DNA of 60,852 bases, the filler included, from Nemertoderma westbladi (lineage: Eukaryota; Animalia; Xenacoelomorpha): NCBI GenBank assembly GCA_032718475.1. It is 3 parts of 3 records of this genome, joined end to end, with 100 filler letters (N's around TTAATTAATTAA, not from the genome) between each part and the next. Parts side by side here need not be neighbours in the genome. Positions count along the whole stretch, not along the records: positions 19,078 to 48,218 come from JAUCBJ010006083.1; positions 48,319 to 60,852 come from JAUCBJ010001078.1; 1 more part is not named here. One strand, 5' to 3'. The notes below the pieces were generated by a model. That model was given only the letters and a program-made list of their open reading frames with translations, was not told where the DNA came from and made no database searches. The position numbers and the translations under genes are program-made. Within the stretch, counting starts at the first letter, position 1. Each line of letters starts with the position of its first letter. This document shows positions 38,601 through 49,977 of the stretch, one piece after another.

Positions 38601-41600
38601 ATGAACCGATTGAATCCTCCGGTAAGTGGTGTTAGTTGGGGTCGTCAGTATTCCTTTTGTTTGCGGACGTTTAGTTCACTGTAATTATTTTTATTTTATA
38701 ACGGTAAGCGTTGCATTTGAGTGCGTGTACTGTATGTGTCTGGGTGTCCCAAACGCGTCGTATAGAGCGAGATTTGCAAAAGTTAGTTTCAACTGTTAAT
38801 TCACAATAATATTTTTAATAATAATAGTATATTTATAGCTTAATATTGATGAATTTATGCAATTAATGAGCTAACAGAACATCTGAGAATGTATTATAAT
38901 TAGTTATCACAGTGCTCCATATTAGTATAGGCAAATTATTGGACATTGATTGTACAGTAAAAGTATAAAAAAAAACACACAAGGAACTTATGGAACATAA
39001 TAAAGAATTATATTACAAAAGCACAATTCGCTCATTAGCATCTAAGTATTAGCAAAATGCGATGGTTTGTAAAAAGTTATTGCTAAAATGGAATGTCACA
39101 TTGAACAAAAAGTAGTAATAGCACGATTTCGAAGGCGATTGAATGTCTACCAACTGCTAAACTAATAAATGCACCGCTACGCTGGATATCTTCAATATAT
39201 ATTTAAAAAACCATGGATTAACTAAAAATATTATGATTACAAAATTAGTACAAACAATTATTTTGTGAAACATGAAACGTCATTCATGCCATCATGTTGT
39301 TCAACGAATACTTTTTTGCGTATATTGCTATCATGCGCTCAATATAAATTTCGATTAAAACCTTTAAAATATACAATAAACTATTCCAAATTGTAAAGGG
39401 AATTTTAAAATATAGCATTGGGTGCCGATAAAAAGTGCTAAAAAATGAAAGTTTGGTGTTGTTTAAGCAACGCATGCAATACAACATGAAAATAAATAGG
39501 TTTGTTTGTTGTGGATTTAGATTAATCCTCAACCAATTTATTTTGTAACAGTGCACATGGCTCCGCCCTTTGGTCGCAACGTACAATTGTCGAGAATATC
39601 GAAACTCTGATCCGGAACGGCTTCAAAGTTGAACCTTTGAAGGAGTTTAGTCAGAATAATTTTTGATTCAATCTGAGCGAAAACTTGGCCGATACAAATG
39701 CGGGCGCCCTGGGAGAAGGGGTAGTAAGCGAAATGGTTGACTTCTTTGGCGCGATCTGCTGAAAATCTGTCTGGATCGAATAACTCTGGATTTGGAAAGT
39801 ATTCCTCGAGACGACACGAAGACATAGTGCAGAGGAAGACTGTGGTTCCGTCCGGAATCTCGTAATCTCCGATAGCGAGGGGACCGTGCGTCTGTCTAGC
39901 TGTCCCTGTCACCGGTGGATACATCCTGAGCGTCTCCTTGAGAACTTGCTTCATGTAGGTCAACTTGCAGACATCCTGGTAGGTAACGTTCTTGCGATCC
40001 TCCATCACTTCATTAATTTCATCCTTCAATCGTCCGGAGATTTCTTTTGATTTCATAATCTCCAGCAGGGCGAAACTCAGGAGGTTCGCGGTGGTGTCTT
40101 GTCCGGCTACGAATAAAGTACAAAAGTCGTCGATTAGGACTTCAATGTCAACAACCTCTTGGGATATCGCGATGTCTTTCAATAAGCCCGTTAGCATGTC
40201 TTGTGGAAGATCATTGTCGTTTTGCTTTTTATTGTTGTTGATAGTTTCTATTCTGTCTTCTATGCACTTTCTACCGGTTTCCCGAAGGACTAACACATTC
40301 TCTTTCACAGCTTTCCTGAGCGAGTTGAAAGGGTTAAAGGCGAGACTCGGTCTGCAGTTTATTGCAGCTATCGTCCCCATAACCTGGGATATTGCCTTGG
40401 GAAAGGGGTTAGATTCTTCAAGGATGGAGTTGATATCCATACCGAAGGCTATTTTTCCAATGACATCTAGGGTGGTGCGCGTGAAGTATTCCACCATGGA
40501 GATTTGGGTATCTCCATTGGCGAAGTCCTGTATTTTATCACACAACACTTCGGCGCATTCATTCATCAGTGGAGTGAAGCCTATTAACTTTTTTCTCGTG
40601 AAACTTTTGTTGAATACAGAGCGACGTTTCTTCCAGGCAGTGTGATCCACCATTGTGAGCAGACCGTCTCCCATGAATCTGTTGCCGAGGACATAACCAA
40701 CCATATCGCGGATCCTTTTTGACTTGGTGTGTCGGTTGTCTGTCAGTATCTTCTTGGTACCCGTGGCGTCGAGGCATACGATAATCGGAACCCAGAAGAA
40801 CCAGAAGACGATGACCTTGTATTTGCCGTTTTGGGACCATTCGATGAAGATGTTGGGAACGAGTTGGCTCGCCTTCCGCGCTTGAAGTCTGGGAACGTTT
40901 CCGAGGAAGAAGTTGTCTCGTTTCGGGCCGGGAATATGGTTGTACCGTCGGTGGACGACCCAGACGTAAAGACAAAACATCCCAACAATTGCTGCCGCTG
41001 TAGCTACAAACACACCGAGAATTGACGCAACAAAAAAATACGACATAATTAACTTTTTTATTGATCAAAAAACCAGAGATAATGTTACGTTAGATGTTAC
41101 GTAATTAAGTACATTTGGAATACAGAAGGCTGAGTGGCAGTCAAGGAGAAGTGTCCTATTTATGGGACTCGATATCTGACAACACAATGACCGAATGGTA
41201 ACATAATGATCTTATCTCAGATTGTTATAGTATCTGGCTTGACCAAGAGAGCGAGGTCAACAAACTACAGTTTATCCATTACTATTTTATACCAATCACC
41301 CGCTGTTGGCAAAGACAACATAAAATAGATGGGCAAGGGCATAGGTTTCACATGCGTATATAATCGACATATATATTAGACAAAAGAGTAGACGACCTAG
41401 GTAAAACTCCTCTAGGGCGTTGAATGGTTTATCCTGACCCACGGGGGGTCAGGGTTCAAACTAGCTGACTTCGTGGAAAATAGATAATGTAGTATTGTGA
41501 GAAGATATGTTAATCCCAATTGTGTTTTCTTGGCGTTCACTTCGTGTCCCAGATTGTTTAACCGTCAACAACGTATTAATTATCAAGTCCAGGGTACTTC

Positions 41601-44600
41601 CTTTAATTGTGTCAGGAATTCCAGTTCACGCCCGCATTACTTACGCTACAATTAATTTGTTGTGCACTATTAAGGATTTAGTTAATTCCAAAGTGAACCT
41701 GGGAAGGGCGTATCCATCCAGTACTAAGCGGTGTGATAGGACTACACGTAGGCCCTACTCAATAATTATCAAGGTAAATTCCTTTATATTCCTTATCAGT
41801 TTATGTTGTATGCTGCTACTTATATGGCTTGTTATGATTCACATGAATGATTCACATGAAATGCTTTCAAATGTTTGACTTCACTGCGACATCTACATAC
41901 GAATATGAAAGTGAATCACACTTTTTGTAATCAGAATAGAAATCTTCAATGTTTGTGCACATGTTCGGAATAGTACCCAAACTCAGCTTAAAATAGGTTT
42001 AAAAATACGTTATAGTAAATATATATAATATGTTATGTTATGTTATGTTATGGTATGGTATATATAAATATATATGGATAAAGTAAATTAACTGATTAAT
42101 AACGCATTATATACTACTAATAAAAGAGTCTGTGGCAATCATTCCAAAAAATTTCGCTAATTTTTTTAGATTATAACATAGGGTTAGGGTTCATTTTTAA
42201 TTAGGGTTTGTGCCTGACCAACAAACCCAAGCCAAGAAAACAAACCTAACCTACTACCCAATGCGTGTTCTGCCTAAATGTAACTGTTACCGTTATCATA
42301 CTAATTTAAGTGAGATCTAAAGTCACATTCGGAATCTAAAGTAGACCGGGATCTAAAGTCCTGACACCATGGGCGCACTAAACATCAGCTGGAGACAACA
42401 CATGACAAACGCCGAGCTTTATGGTACAATACCGCCTGTATCAACCACCCTCTTTGGGAGTCCATGCTGGGCTCTAACTGCTGAGGACACCAAATCTCTG
42501 GATGGCACATTCACAAGAATGCTACGCCGGGTTCATTGTTTCAAGTTCAATGCACACATCTCCAACCAGACACTATATAACATTGGAGGTGTCTCATTGG
42601 TTCCCCCAAGCTTGACACTAGAACAAAATCGCCTCCGCTTTGCAGGACATTGCTTTCGCCGTGAGGACCAGCCAGTGCATAATGTTGTACTTTGGCAGCC
42701 TCATGGAGTGAATAAGCATGGTGGACAGCCCATGACTTTCTTAAGACGCATCTTAAAGGACACTGGCCTTGAAGATGCGGATGATCTAGCAAATGTCATG
42801 GGTGATAGGGAGTTATGGCGGTGCAATTTTGTCGATAAGCCGGCACAGCATTCTTAAAAATGCAGCTGCAATGCAGCATGCCGATCCTAGTAGTAGTATC
42901 AACCACCCTCCGTGAACGCAGATTAAGATTCAGTGGGAACTGCTGGTGAAGTAAAGACGAGGTCATACCAGATCTACTTTATAGATCAGTATAACTATAC
43001 CCCGACTATTAATTGATAGTCTTTTAACCGGTACCTTTTATTTGTCACTAATGTTAGAGCGGGAGCATTTACGTTAGAGATCTTATCAAACATAAGTAGC
43101 AGTTAATTGGATACAGAAATTAATTAATTAATAATTATTATCATATAAACTAAATTTTATTGCTTGCTAGTTTTAGTCAAATCTACCATATCATACTTAC
43201 ACCAGTCCATCTCGGTTGCTAAAGTTTTAAGGATAATTAGGACATCTTGCGTAGAAAATCTGTAGTAGAAGTTTCATTCAGAATTTGGGTAAAGCTGAGT
43301 TTAGAAAAAATACATATTTCTTCGTTTAGAAAACAATAGTTTCCTTTGGCAACGCCTAACACCTTTCCAACGACTTCTACTGATAAAGGTGTTGAGACCA
43401 GACTGTTTGATGATTTCATTGAAATCTTTTATCAGCAACGAGATGGGTGACCGTTACGTTGGAGTCCGAGTACAGAATCTCGAGTACATGCTGAGACAGG
43501 CGACCTCGTTGACTCCACTTATATTTGTTTTATCAGCGGGTGAATATTGATACATACATATTATACTAATTCCAGATGCAACTAATTAGTGCTGCTTATT
43601 ATGTAATTTGGATGTAAAATGATGTAGTTTGTGTTCCCATAGGTTCCGACCCGACCCACTATCCCAACTGTTTGTGTTCCCATAGGTTCCGACCCGACCC
43701 ACTATCCCAACTGTTTGTGTTCCCATAGGTTCCGACCAGACCCACTATCCCAACTGTTTGTGTTCCCATAGGTTCCGACCCGACCCACTATACCAACTGT
43801 TTGTGTTCCCATAGGTTCCGACCCGACCCACTAACCCAACTGTTTGTGTTCCCATAGGTTCCGACCCACTATCCCAACTGTTTGTGTTCCCATAGGTTCC
43901 GACCCGACCCACTATCCCAACTGTTTGTGTTCCCATAGGTTCCGACCCGACCCACTATCCCAACTGTTTGTGTTCCCATAGGTTCCGACCCGACCCACTA
44001 TCCCAACTGTTTGTGTTCCCATAGGTTCCGACCCGACCCACTTCCGACCCTACCCACTATCCCAACTGTTTGTGTTCCCATAGGTTCCGACCCGACCCAC
44101 TATCCCAACTGTTTGTGTTCCCATAGGTTCCGACCCGACCCACTATCCCAACTGTTTGTGTTCCCATAGGTTCCGACCCACTATCCCAACTGTTTGTGTT
44201 CCCATAGGTTCCGACCCACCATCCCAACTGTTTGTGTTCCCATAGGTTCCGACCCGACCCACTATCCCAAATGTTTGTGTTCCCATAGGTTCCAACCCGA
44301 CCCACTATCCCAAATGTTTGTGTTCCCATAGGTTCCGACCCGACCCACCATCCCAACTGTTTGTGTTCCCATAGGTTCCGACCCGACCCACTATCCCAAC
44401 TGTTTGTGTTCCCATAGGTTCCGACCCGACCCACTATCCCAACTGTTTGTGTTCCCATAGGTTCCGACCCGACCCACTATACCAACTGTTTGTGTTCCCA
44501 TAGGTTCCGACCCGACCCACTAACCCAACTGTTTGTGTTCCCATAGGTTCCGACCCACTATCCCAACTGTTTGTGTTCCCATAGGTTCCGACCCGACCCA

Positions 44601-46324
44601 CTATCCCAACTGTTTGTGTTCCCATAGGTTCCGACCCTACCCACTATCCCAACTGTTTGTGTTCCCATAGGTTCCGACCCGACCCACTATCCCAACTGTT
44701 TGTGTTCCCATAGGTTCCGACCCGACCCACTATCCCAACTGTTTGTGTTCCCATAGGTTCCGACCCACTATCCCAACTGTTTGTGTTCCCATAGGTTCCG
44801 ACCCACCATCCCAACTGTTTGTGTTCCCATAGGTTCCGACCCGACCCACTATCCCAAATGTTTGTGTTCCCATAGGTTCCAACCCGACCCACTATCCCAA
44901 ATGTTTGTGTTCCCATAGGTTCCGACCCGACCCACCATCCCAACTGTTTGTGTTCCCATAGGTTCCGACCCGACCCACTATCCCAACTGTTTGTGTTCCC
45001 ATAGGTTCCGACCCGACCCACTATCCCAACTGTTTGTGTTCCCATAGGTTCCGACCCGACCCACTATACCAACTGTTTGTGTTCCCATAGGTTCCGACCC
45101 GACCCACTAACCCAACTGTTTGTGTTCCCATAGGTTCCGACCCACTATCCCAACTGTTTGTGTTCCCATAGGTTCCGACCCGACCCACTATCCCAACTGT
45201 TTGTGTTCCCATAGGTTCCGACCCGACCCACTATCCCAACTGTTTGTGTTCCCATAGGTTCCGACCCGACCCACTATCCCAACTGTTTGTGTTCCCATAG
45301 GTTCCGACCCGACCCACTTCCGACCCTACCCACTATCCCAACTGTTTGTGTTCCCATAGGTTCCGACCCGACCCACTATCCTAACTGTTTGTGTTCCCAT
45401 AGGTTCCGACCCGACCCACTATCCCAACTGTTTGTGTTCCCATAGGTTCCGACCCACTATCCCAACTGTTTGTGTTCCCATAGGTTCCGACCCAACATCC
45501 CAACTGTTTGTGTTCCCATAGGTTCCGACCCGACCCACTATACCAACTGTTTGTGTTCCCATAGGTTCCGATCCGACCCACTATCCCAACTGTTTGTGTT
45601 CCCATAGGTTTCGACCCGACCCACTATCCCAACTGTTTGTGTTCCCATAGGTTCCGACCCGACCCACTATCCCAACTGTTTGTGTTCCCATAGGTTCCGA
45701 CCCGACCCACTATCCCAACTGTTTGTGTTCCCATAGGTTCCGACACACTATCCCAACTGTTTGTGTTCCCATAGGTTCCGACCCGACCCACTATCCCAAC
45801 TGTTTGTGTTCCCATAGGTTCCGACCCGACCCACTATCCCAACTGTTTGTGTTCCCATAGGTTCCGACCCGACCCACTATCCCAACTGTTTGTGTTCCCA
45901 TAGGTTCCGACCCGACCCACTATCCCAACTGTTTGTGTTCCCATAGGTTCCGACCCGACCCACTATCCCAACTGTTTGTGTTCCCATAGGTTCCGACCCG
46001 ACCCACCATCCGAACTGTTTGTGTTCCCACAGGTTCCGACCCGACCCACTATCCCAACTGTTTGTGTTCCCATAGGTTCCGACCCACTATCCCAACTGTT
46101 TGTGTTCCCATAGGTTCCGACCCACTATCCCAACTGCTACAACTAGCGAGAAAGGAACGCGATAGCATCCTCCATCTAGACATGCTCTCTCTCGGTCGCG
46201 CTCAAGGTCCGAAGGCCGAGGAACTTATCAATAAAGCCCAGATACTGAAGAACCGTTGGGTTTTGCTACAAAACTGCCATCTAGCGCCTTCATTCATGCC
46301 TCGATTACAATCTATAATAGAAGG
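20501..46324 (+). CDS. DNAH14: Axonemal dynein heavy chain, DNAH14-like (partial: AAA4, stalk, AAA5, start of AAA6), multi-exon
   Basis: GT-AG exons in consistent phase: 20501-20662, 21129-21308, 21779-21963, 22063-22297, 22577-22831, 23409-23636, 24169-24309, 24748-24963, 27766-27996, 28651-28902, 29381-29494, 29754-29891, 30024-30156, 30680-30828, 34854-34998, about 38395-38621 (acceptor uncertain), 43330-43539, 46114-46324; possibly 46859-46898. Motifs [66 protein letters not shown] and [32 protein letters not shown] (the last resembles DNAH14). Dynein identity is clear; the paralog call is less certain. Confidence 0.85.
21129..21308 (+). CDS. DNAH14: Dynein heavy chain exon
   Basis: [41 protein letters not shown]. 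Confidence 0.85.
21779..22297 (+). CDS. DNAH14: Dynein heavy chain exons 21779-21963 and 22063-22297 (start of stalk)
   Basis: [13 protein letters not shown]; [20 protein letters not shown]. Confidence 0.85.
22577..22831 (+). CDS. DNAH14: Dynein heavy chain exon (stalk/microtubule-binding domain)
   Basis: [42 protein letters not shown]. Confidence 0.85.
23409..23636 (+). CDS. DNAH14: Dynein heavy chain exon
   Basis: [37 protein letters not shown]. Confidence 0.85.
24169..24309 (+). CDS. DNAH14: Dynein heavy chain exon
   Basis: [17 protein letters not shown]. Confidence 0.85.
24748..24963 (+). CDS. DNAH14: Dynein heavy chain exon
   Basis: [30 protein letters not shown]. Confidence 0.85.
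25010..27290. repeat. 63-bp satellite (about 36 copies) in a dynein intron
   Basis: Unit AAGGAATGCCTGTTCACCACCATGGGTGATCTTCCACAGTAAACCCTTCCACAATGTTTCCTA. Confidence 0.95.
27581..27644 (-). mobile_element. Very short 3' tip of the RTE LINE
   Basis: Matches the RTE 3' UTR and (TAG)n tail at about 49913-49977. Confidence 0.85.
27766..27996 (+). CDS. DNAH14: Dynein heavy chain exon (AAA5)
   Basis: [29 protein letters not shown]. Confidence 0.85.
28651..28902 (+). CDS. DNAH14: Dynein heavy chain exon (AAA5)
   Basis: [43 protein letters not shown]. Confidence 0.85.
29381..30828 (+). CDS. DNAH14: Dynein heavy chain exons 29381-29494, 29754-29891, 30024-30156, 30680-30828
   Basis: LRNLEDRSL; [13 protein letters not shown]; [29 protein letters not shown]; [13 protein letters not shown]. 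Confidence 0.85.
31263..32340 (-). CDS. Nuclear receptor (NR2-like C4 zinc-finger DBD), no LBD visible, nested antisense in a dynein intron
   Basis: Exons about 32340-32206, 31902-31778 and 31627-31263 splice to [72 protein letters not shown] plus about 120 aa with no LBD signature. 5' end and start codon unresolved. Confidence 0.8.
32767..32853. repeat. 13-bp tandem repeat (GCTCACCCACGGA)
   Basis: About 6.5 units seen directly. Confidence 0.85.
33060..33320. repeat. 14-15-bp tandem repeat (TTTTCACTCGCGATA)
   Basis: Seen directly; overlapping ORFs are artefacts. Confidence 0.9.
34854..34998 (+). CDS. DNAH14: Probable dynein heavy chain exon
   Basis: AG/GT borders, phase fits the upstream exon, [10 protein letters not shown] motif. 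Confidence 0.65.
35064..37927. repeat. (CCTCCA)n microsatellite of about 2.86 kb with CCCCA variants
   Basis: Seen directly; the poly-G, VE and WR ORFs are artefacts. Confidence 0.97.
38395..38621 (+). CDS. DNAH14: Probable dynein heavy chain exon (5' border uncertain)
   Basis: [31 protein letters not shown]; the phase-1 donor fits exon 43330. Confidence 0.6.
39538..41046 (-). CDS. CYP46A1: Cytochrome P450, CYP46 (cholesterol 24-hydroxylase)-like, intronless, 502 aa
   Basis: N-terminal TM anchor, [14 protein letters not shown]-helix [12 protein letters not shown] (ExxR), FDPDRF and heme motif [12 protein letters not shown]-terminus [19 protein letters not shown] resembles CYP46A1. Confidence 0.85.
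   Translation of the reverse strand: MSYFFVASILGVFVATAAAIVGMFCLYVWVVHRRYNHIPGPKRDNFFLGNVPRLQARKASQLVPNIFIEWSQNGKYKVIVFWFFWVPIIVCLDATGTKKILTDNRHTKSKRIRDMVGYVLGNRFMGDGLLTMVDHTAWKKRRSVFNKSFTRKKLIGFTPLMNECAEVLCDKIQDFANGDTQISMVEYFTRTTLDVIGKIAFGMDINSILEESNPFPKAISQVMGTIAAINCRPSLAFNPFNSLRKAVKENVLVLRETGRKCIEDRIETINNNKKQNDNDLPQDMLTGLLKDIAISQEVVDIEVLIDDFCTLFVAGQDTTANLLSFALLEIMKSKEISGRLKDEINEVMEDRKNVTYQDVCKLTYMKQVLKETLRMYPPVTGTARQTHGPLAIGDYEIPDGTTVFLCTMSSCRLEEYFPNPELFDPDRFSADRAKEVNHFAYYPFSQGARICIGQVFAQIESKIILTKLLQRFNFEAVPDQSFDILDNCTLRPKGGAMCTVTK
42453..42895 (+). mobile_element. 5'-truncated RTE LINE copy inserted in an older RTE-like fragment (about 42369-42980)
   Basis: Near-identical to 49530-49977; 15-bp TSD GTATCAACCACCCTC at 42438-42452 and 42896-42910. 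Host reads [20 protein letters not shown]|[12 protein letters not shown]. Confidence 0.85.
43330..43539 (+). CDS. DNAH14: Dynein heavy chain exon
   Basis: [31 protein letters not shown]. Confidence 0.85.
43628..46136 (+). repeat. 43/38-bp satellite made of the dynein 3' splice site plus exon start (about 60 copies)
   Basis: Unit TTTGTGTTCCCATAG|GTTCCGA(CCCGA)CCCACTATCCCAACTG; the last unit runs into exon 46114; a 587-bp higher-order duplication is present. Confidence 0.95.
46114..46324 (+). CDS. DNAH14: Dynein heavy chain exon (AAA6)
   Basis: [49 protein letters not shown]. Confidence 0.85.
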
Positions 46325-46898
46325 GTAGGTGGGTTAGGTTAGGAGGTATCTTGAGGGTTAACAACATAAGTGCAAATGAGTCATTTTACATTACTACCAG
46401 GTCATATGATATTGTGTTGGCCCGGTGTTGACTTAATTAATTGATGTATACCAACCCTTACCGCACTTGAACCGTGTGACCATGTATATCCTATTGCGCC
46501 TGACATGATGTTTTTGTAACTAACTCTAACGTAAAGATATATTTGATATTACTAAGGATAGTTAATTAGATTAAGGGCCCCATAGTGATATGTAATAGGC
46601 CTAATTAATATACAAAGCATTGAATTAGTTTTTTGGCTTGTACAGGAGGTCACTAACCCTTATATGTACAGTATTACACTAGTATTACAGGTAGCCGATA
46701 ACCCTACAGTATATTAAATTGTATATAATTTAGTCTATATAACTTCAGTACATATTATTTATAACATTTCACAAACCTGTTTGTATATGAAAGTAACAGC
46801 AAGCGCGATAATCTTTAACTTCATACGAATTATTAATAATAATAGCATATAATTTCAGGTTGTGTACAAAACACAGACCCAAGACCCCAGACCCCCAG

Positions 46899-47447
46899 GT
46901 ACAAAACACAGACCCCCCCAGGTACAAAACACAGACCCCCCTAGGTACAAAACACAGACCCCCCCAGGTACAAAACACAGACCCCCCCAGGTACAAAACA
47001 CAGACCCCCCCAGGTACAAAACACAGACCCCCCCAGGTACAAAACACAGACCCCCCCAGGTACAAAACACAGACCCCCCCAGGTACAAAACACAGACCCC
47101 CCCAGGTACAAAACACAGACCCCCCCAGGTACAAAACACAGACCCCCCCAGGTACAAAACACAGACCCCCCCAGGTACAAAACACAGACCCCCCCAGGTA
47201 CAAAACACAGACCCCCCCAGGTACAAAACACAGACCCCCCCAGGTACAAAACACAGACCCCCCCAGGTACAAAACACAGACCCCCCCAGGTACAAAACAC
47301 AGACCCCCCCAGGTACAAAACACAGACCCCCCCAGGTACAAAACACAGACCCCCCCAGGTACAAAACACAGACCCCCCCAGGTACAAAACACAGACCCCC
47401 CCAGGTACAAAACACAGACCCCCCCAGGTACAAAACACAGACCCCAC
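46899..47447 (+). repeat. 23-bp satellite GTACAAAACACAGACCCCCCCAG (about 24 copies)
   Basis: Seen directly; follows putative mini-exon 46859-46898. Confidence 0.95.
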
Positions 47448-48218
47448 AGAGGGGGGGGGGGGGGGGGGGTGTGTCTGGGTGTAACTCTTGACACTGCCTG
47501 ACTACCTACCGTACAGTACAGCCGTGAGCTGGCATTGTTAGTGGTTAGTTAGTACACACACTTCAGTCAGTACAGTAGGCCTACGAGCCTAAGATTTTTT
47601 ATAAAAGATTTACATTAAATCAGTAAATAGGTATGACCTACAATTGCGCGGTGTAATTCATTTCATATTTAAGCATGTTCAATCAAGCTAATACTATAGG
47701 TAGTATGCTTTCATTTAATTTAATGGTACACCCACCGAGATGGGGAACTAAACTATGCTTACTATGCTATGCACACTCAGACACCTAGGCGTACTGTATA
47801 ATGTAGTAATATCATCACTAATAATGATTTACAAACTGTACAATTAAATGCCAGAATGCCAAAGTGCCTTTAGGGAACTCTTAAAGGATTTATACTACAG
47901 TTCCCAAAAAGCACTCTGGCATTTTGGCATTTACGCTGGTTGCAATTATTTAGGTACCTGGAAAAAATGCCAAAGTGCCTTTTGGGAACTATTCGTGTGA
48001 CTTAGCCACACGTGCTATATGCTACAGTGCTATAGCTGTATAGCGTATAGGCCTAGCACAGTTCCAATCCTTATCCTGTTATCTGGTTATCGTCGCTGTT
48101 GACTGGTTGACAGGTTGAAGACTGAACACATATACCGGTTGCCGCTACTGGCAGACTGGTAGTACCCGACCCGGTACCGACCCGGAAAAGTGTCAACCTG
48201 ATTACAGGATTATTAGGT

Positions 48219-48318
48219 NNNNNNNNNNNNNNNNNNNNNNNNNNNNNNNNNNNNNNNNNNNNTTAATTAATTAANNNNNNNNNNNNNNNNNNNNNNNNNN
48301 NNNNNNNNNNNNNNNNNN
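48219..48318. other. Assembly spacer (N44-TTAATTAATTAA-N44)
   Basis: Same linker as 18978-19077. Confidence 0.95.
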
Positions 48319-48541
48319 GCTCGTTTGTGAATAAAACATATTGGATCATATCAACACTGTAATTCGAGTTATAATAAGCGAACAAATATACCGACAGATT
48401 CTACAAAATTTAATATGTTATAGAATTTAAGAGCAGGAATATTCAATGCTTTATGCATCAGTGTATAAGATGAATGAAATATGTACATGGGCCTACAGTA
48501 TGAGTAATAATGGGTGGCCTTACAATCCTTGTCAAACTTTC

Positions 48542-49977
48542 CCACAAGAAATGAAAACAAATAAGTTGGTGCCAGTTCCCAAGAAGGGCAACCTAACACT
48601 CTATGGTTCTTTTCGGGGAATCTCATTGATCTCGATTGCTGCAAAACTATACAATAGAATTCTATTAAATCGCATCAGGGATCCCATTGAGAGACTGCTA
48701 CGTGGAAATCAGAATGGGTTCCGTAAAGGTCGTGGGACCATGGAGCCCATTTTGGCACTTAGAAGGATAATTGAAGAGTTATCAAAAAAGAAAGACAGGC
48801 ATCTGGCTGTTATCTTTGTTGACTTCTTCAAGGCCTTTGATTCAGTCTCTCGCTCACGTATGTTCAGCATACTTTCATTATATGGGATTCCTGATGAAAT
48901 TATTGCAGCAATCAGATCAGTATACAATGGTTCGACAACATTTGTGTCTACTGTTGACGGTGACACAGAACCATTTGAAGTGTTATGGGGCGTCCTCCAA
49001 GGAGACACACTTGCACCATTCTTGTTCATTATTGTGGTTGACTATGTTCTACGCATGTCCTTAGATCATCATAATGATGATGGGGTGATGATAACTCCAC
49101 CTACTGGCTCCAGAAGTCGAGGAAATCCTGCCAAGTACCTAACTGATCTAGACTTTGCTGATGACTTAGGAGTACTCTCAGAATCATTAGAGGGAGCCCA
49201 GCGGCTCCTCAGCTCATTAGAACATGCTGCTTCTAGTGTTGGTCTTTTTATTAACTCCAGAAAGACCAAAATTCTGACAGTTAACTTTGAAAGTCCTCAG
49301 CAAGTCTCTGATCGGATGAGCATAAGCTCAAAGGATGGTATGCTTGAGCATGTGGACGACTTCTGTTACCTGGGATCATGGATCCGGAAGTCAGGTGAGG
49401 ACCTTCGAATACGTAAGGGAAAGGCATGGGCAGCCTTGAATAGGCTTTCCAGGATTTGGAAGTCACCTAGAATTAATCGGAAACTTAAGGTCCGATTATT
49501 TAGAGCAGCAGTAGTTCCAGTACTCCTCTACGGGAGTCCATGCTGGGCTCTAACTGCTGAGGACACCAAATCTCTGGATGGCACATTCACAAGAATGCTA
49601 CGCCGGGTACATTGTGTCAAGTACAATGCACACATCTCCAACCAGACACTATATAACATTGGAGGTGTCTCATTGGTTCCCCCAAGCTTGACACTAGAAC
49701 AAAATCGCCTCCGCTTTGCAGGACATTGCTTTCGCCGTGAGGACCAGCCAGTGCATAATCTTGTACTTTGGCAGCCTCATGGAGTGAATAAGCATGGTGG
49801 ACAGCCCATGACTTTCTTGAGACGCATCTTAAAGGACACTGGCCTTAAAGATGCGGATGATCTAGCAAATGTCATGGGTGATAGGGAGTTGTGGCGGCGC
49901 AATTTTGTTGACAAGCCGGCACAGCATTCTTAAAAATGCAGCTGCAATGCAGCATGCCGATCCTAGTAGTAGTAGTA
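48542..49977 (+). mobile_element. 5'-truncated RTE-clade LINE with an open reverse-transcriptase frame (to stop at 49933)
   Basis: [66 protein letters not shown]; (TAG)n tail; TSD GTCAAACTTTC at 48531-48541 and 49978-49988. Confidence 0.93.

Noticed and set aside
39992-41068. ORFs overlapping the P450 in other frames or on the other strand
   Set aside because: Shadow ORFs of the CYP coding sequence.
43628-46136. CRISPR-like regular array
   Set aside because: No unique spacers and a eukaryotic intron context; it is a tandem satellite.
46769-47501. Pro/Thr-rich or Cys/Gly-rich repeat proteins
   Set aside because: Open frames of a 23-bp satellite on both strands; no coding evidence beyond the possible 40-nt mini-exon.
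48070-48110. Next dynein exon (IWLSS resembling FRLWLSS)
   Set aside because: No suitable acceptor or phase support, and the frame stops within a few codons.
48446-48541. N-terminus of the 495-aa RT ORF as a real gene start
   Set aside because: Lies outside the TSD-defined insertion; chance open flank of a 5'-truncated LINE.
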